Below, piece by piece: positions 62,386 through 64,000 of a stretch of 64,000 nt of DNA. Source of the DNA: Camelus ferus (taxonomy: Eukaryota). The stretch is taken from contig NC_045698.1 in the NCBI RefSeq assembly GCF_009834535.1, positions 13,704,001 through 13,768,000 on the forward strand, written 5' to 3'. A program made the translations under genes and the position numbers. Each line of letters begins with the position of its first letter. Position 1 is the first letter of the stretch. The notes beneath the pieces were generated by a model that worked only from the letters and a program-made list of their open reading frames with translations, did not search any database and was not told the DNA's origin.

Positions 62386-64000
62386 TGGAGATTCCTTTAT
62401 TTCTCATGCATGACTCAGCCAATCAAGGTTGACAGAAAACATTTTTTTAAAGTTGAGATAAATGTATCTGAAATTTGTGATCATCAAAATAAATTCCCTG
62501 AATCTGAAGTGATTATATCACTGCAAAGATGGGTGTGTTAAATGTGGACAGAATCCATACTGACCTGTTCTGTCTTAAGCTTGGTATTATATGATACAGT
62601 ACTTGGCACATAAAATATTAAAAATTAATTTTTTTATATAGATGAAATTTAATTAAATGTGCACTCTAATGTCTGGTATTGAATACATTATGAGGGTCAA
62701 ATGTTTGGAAAGGGTATTGATCTCAAGAATGGTAAAATAGATTTCAAAATACATTGATTTATGAAATAACCAAAGCACATCCTAAGGACACTTCCTTATG
62801 CATACTAAACACATTTTCATAAGTGTTTTCTAATTCGTCATTTGTAAATTTAGAAAATGTCTACATCCAAATTTTGGTCAAATGAAATAGGAGAAGTCTC
62901 TGTAAAAATTACTCGATGAATTATACTTTGCTAAAACAATCATATGTACATATAAACCTATTTGAAATAAAATTTATCCAAAAATATAAAATGCTCTAAA
63001 TGAGATTCTCACCATGCCTATTTAGCTGGAAGTATTATAAACTTTAGGTATATAAATTCAAAGCTTCAATAGCCATTAATAATTTGTTTTTAATTAAAAA
63101 TATATTAGTACTGTCCGAAAAACTCAAGAAGGCTCTCCTTACTTACAAACGTGCTCTATAAAATATACATAACTTCTGTTCATGAAATACATCAATGTGT
63201 CTTCTCCATGATAAAAGGTAATCAATCATTTTTGCCAGGCTTTGTCTTTGTAAATGTAGTCAATTGAAGAATAATGAGTTATGTATTTACAGGCAACTCA
63301 AATTGACAAAATCTGTGTTGCTTAATAGTCCTCAATAAAAATAGTTGCAACAGAAGACACCAGAAGTTGCATCGCCCATGGTGACTTGCTCATTAACCTG
63401 TGGATGTTGGAAACATCAATATGACAGATGTGGTCTTTTTGACAGGAGGCTAGAGAATTCTGAAAATGCAAACATTATTATTAAATCATGCTTCCCTATG
63501 AGCCTAGGAGAGGTAAATATTAATGAGCCTTTGGTGAATAAGAGATTAATTTACTCTCAAACAGACATTCCCTTCTTAGTAAAAAGGCAGGTTTATAGAA
63601 GTAAAGAGTCTACATCATAGGCAAATACTTCTGAAGTGCAATTAAATTACATTAGCATTGAATACAGCAGGGTTAACTCCAGAGGGATTTTGAGCCATTG
63701 CATTAGTATTTATGAAACTCGAAGTGTTTGCTAGTTACTATCTTGGCCTCTATTTCTCCCAGAGAGCAATGCGCCTGATAAGTGCAGTGGGCCTTTTAAT
63801 TTTCTCTTTTGCTTCTTTGAGACTGTCTAATTCAAGCCCTTTTTTCAATTCCTGCTGCGTGTGATGCAAGACTCTGCTTTTATTGTTTGTTTTCTTTTTT
63901 TTCTTCTTTCTTTCTTTCCTTTACAAAGTTTGAAAGCTTGATGGAACCAGGTGGATGGAAACTTTATCATCTCCCAGATAAAATGCACATACTTACAAGA

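Noticed and set aside
538..63620. All ORFs in the supplied six-frame track
   Set aside because: They are 60-120 aa, many start at TTG/GTG, are low-complexity or lie inside LTR/LINE remnants, and show no recognisable domain or exon chain. This fits chance ORFs in mammalian non-coding DNA.

Overview
AT-rich mammalian genomic DNA with no recognisable protein-coding exon, RNA gene or processed pseudogene. All supplied ORFs are short (60-120 aa) and look like chance ORFs, many inside repeats. The window is probably intergenic or deep intronic. A large part is transposable-element debris. Ancient pan-eutherian elements include L2, MIR, L1M, MLT1/MLT2 LTRs, MER58A and Mariner/Tc2 fragments. Younger elements include solo ERV1-type LTRs with intact TG...CA ends and 4-bp target-site duplications (TSDs), and two cetartiodactyl-type L1 3' ends with TSDs. 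The L1 tail at 45045-45135, together with the absence of Alu, B1/B2, Bov-A/BovB, PRE1 and Can-SINE, suggests a camelid genome (inference, from memory of consensus sequences). The most notable structures are: two apparently complete LTR-internal-LTR MLT1 (MaLR) proviruses; several nested insertions with readable TSDs; two LTRs tail-to-tail only 5 bp apart; an LTR-adjacent promoter/splice-donor-like segment with a G-quadruplex motif; a CTCF-like site in an ERVL LTR; and repeat-free, motif-dense stretches that are candidate conserved enhancers. I found no convincing evidence of a novel biological system. Repeat subfamily names are by-eye and need RepeatMasker/Dfam confirmation, and boundaries without TSDs are approximate.
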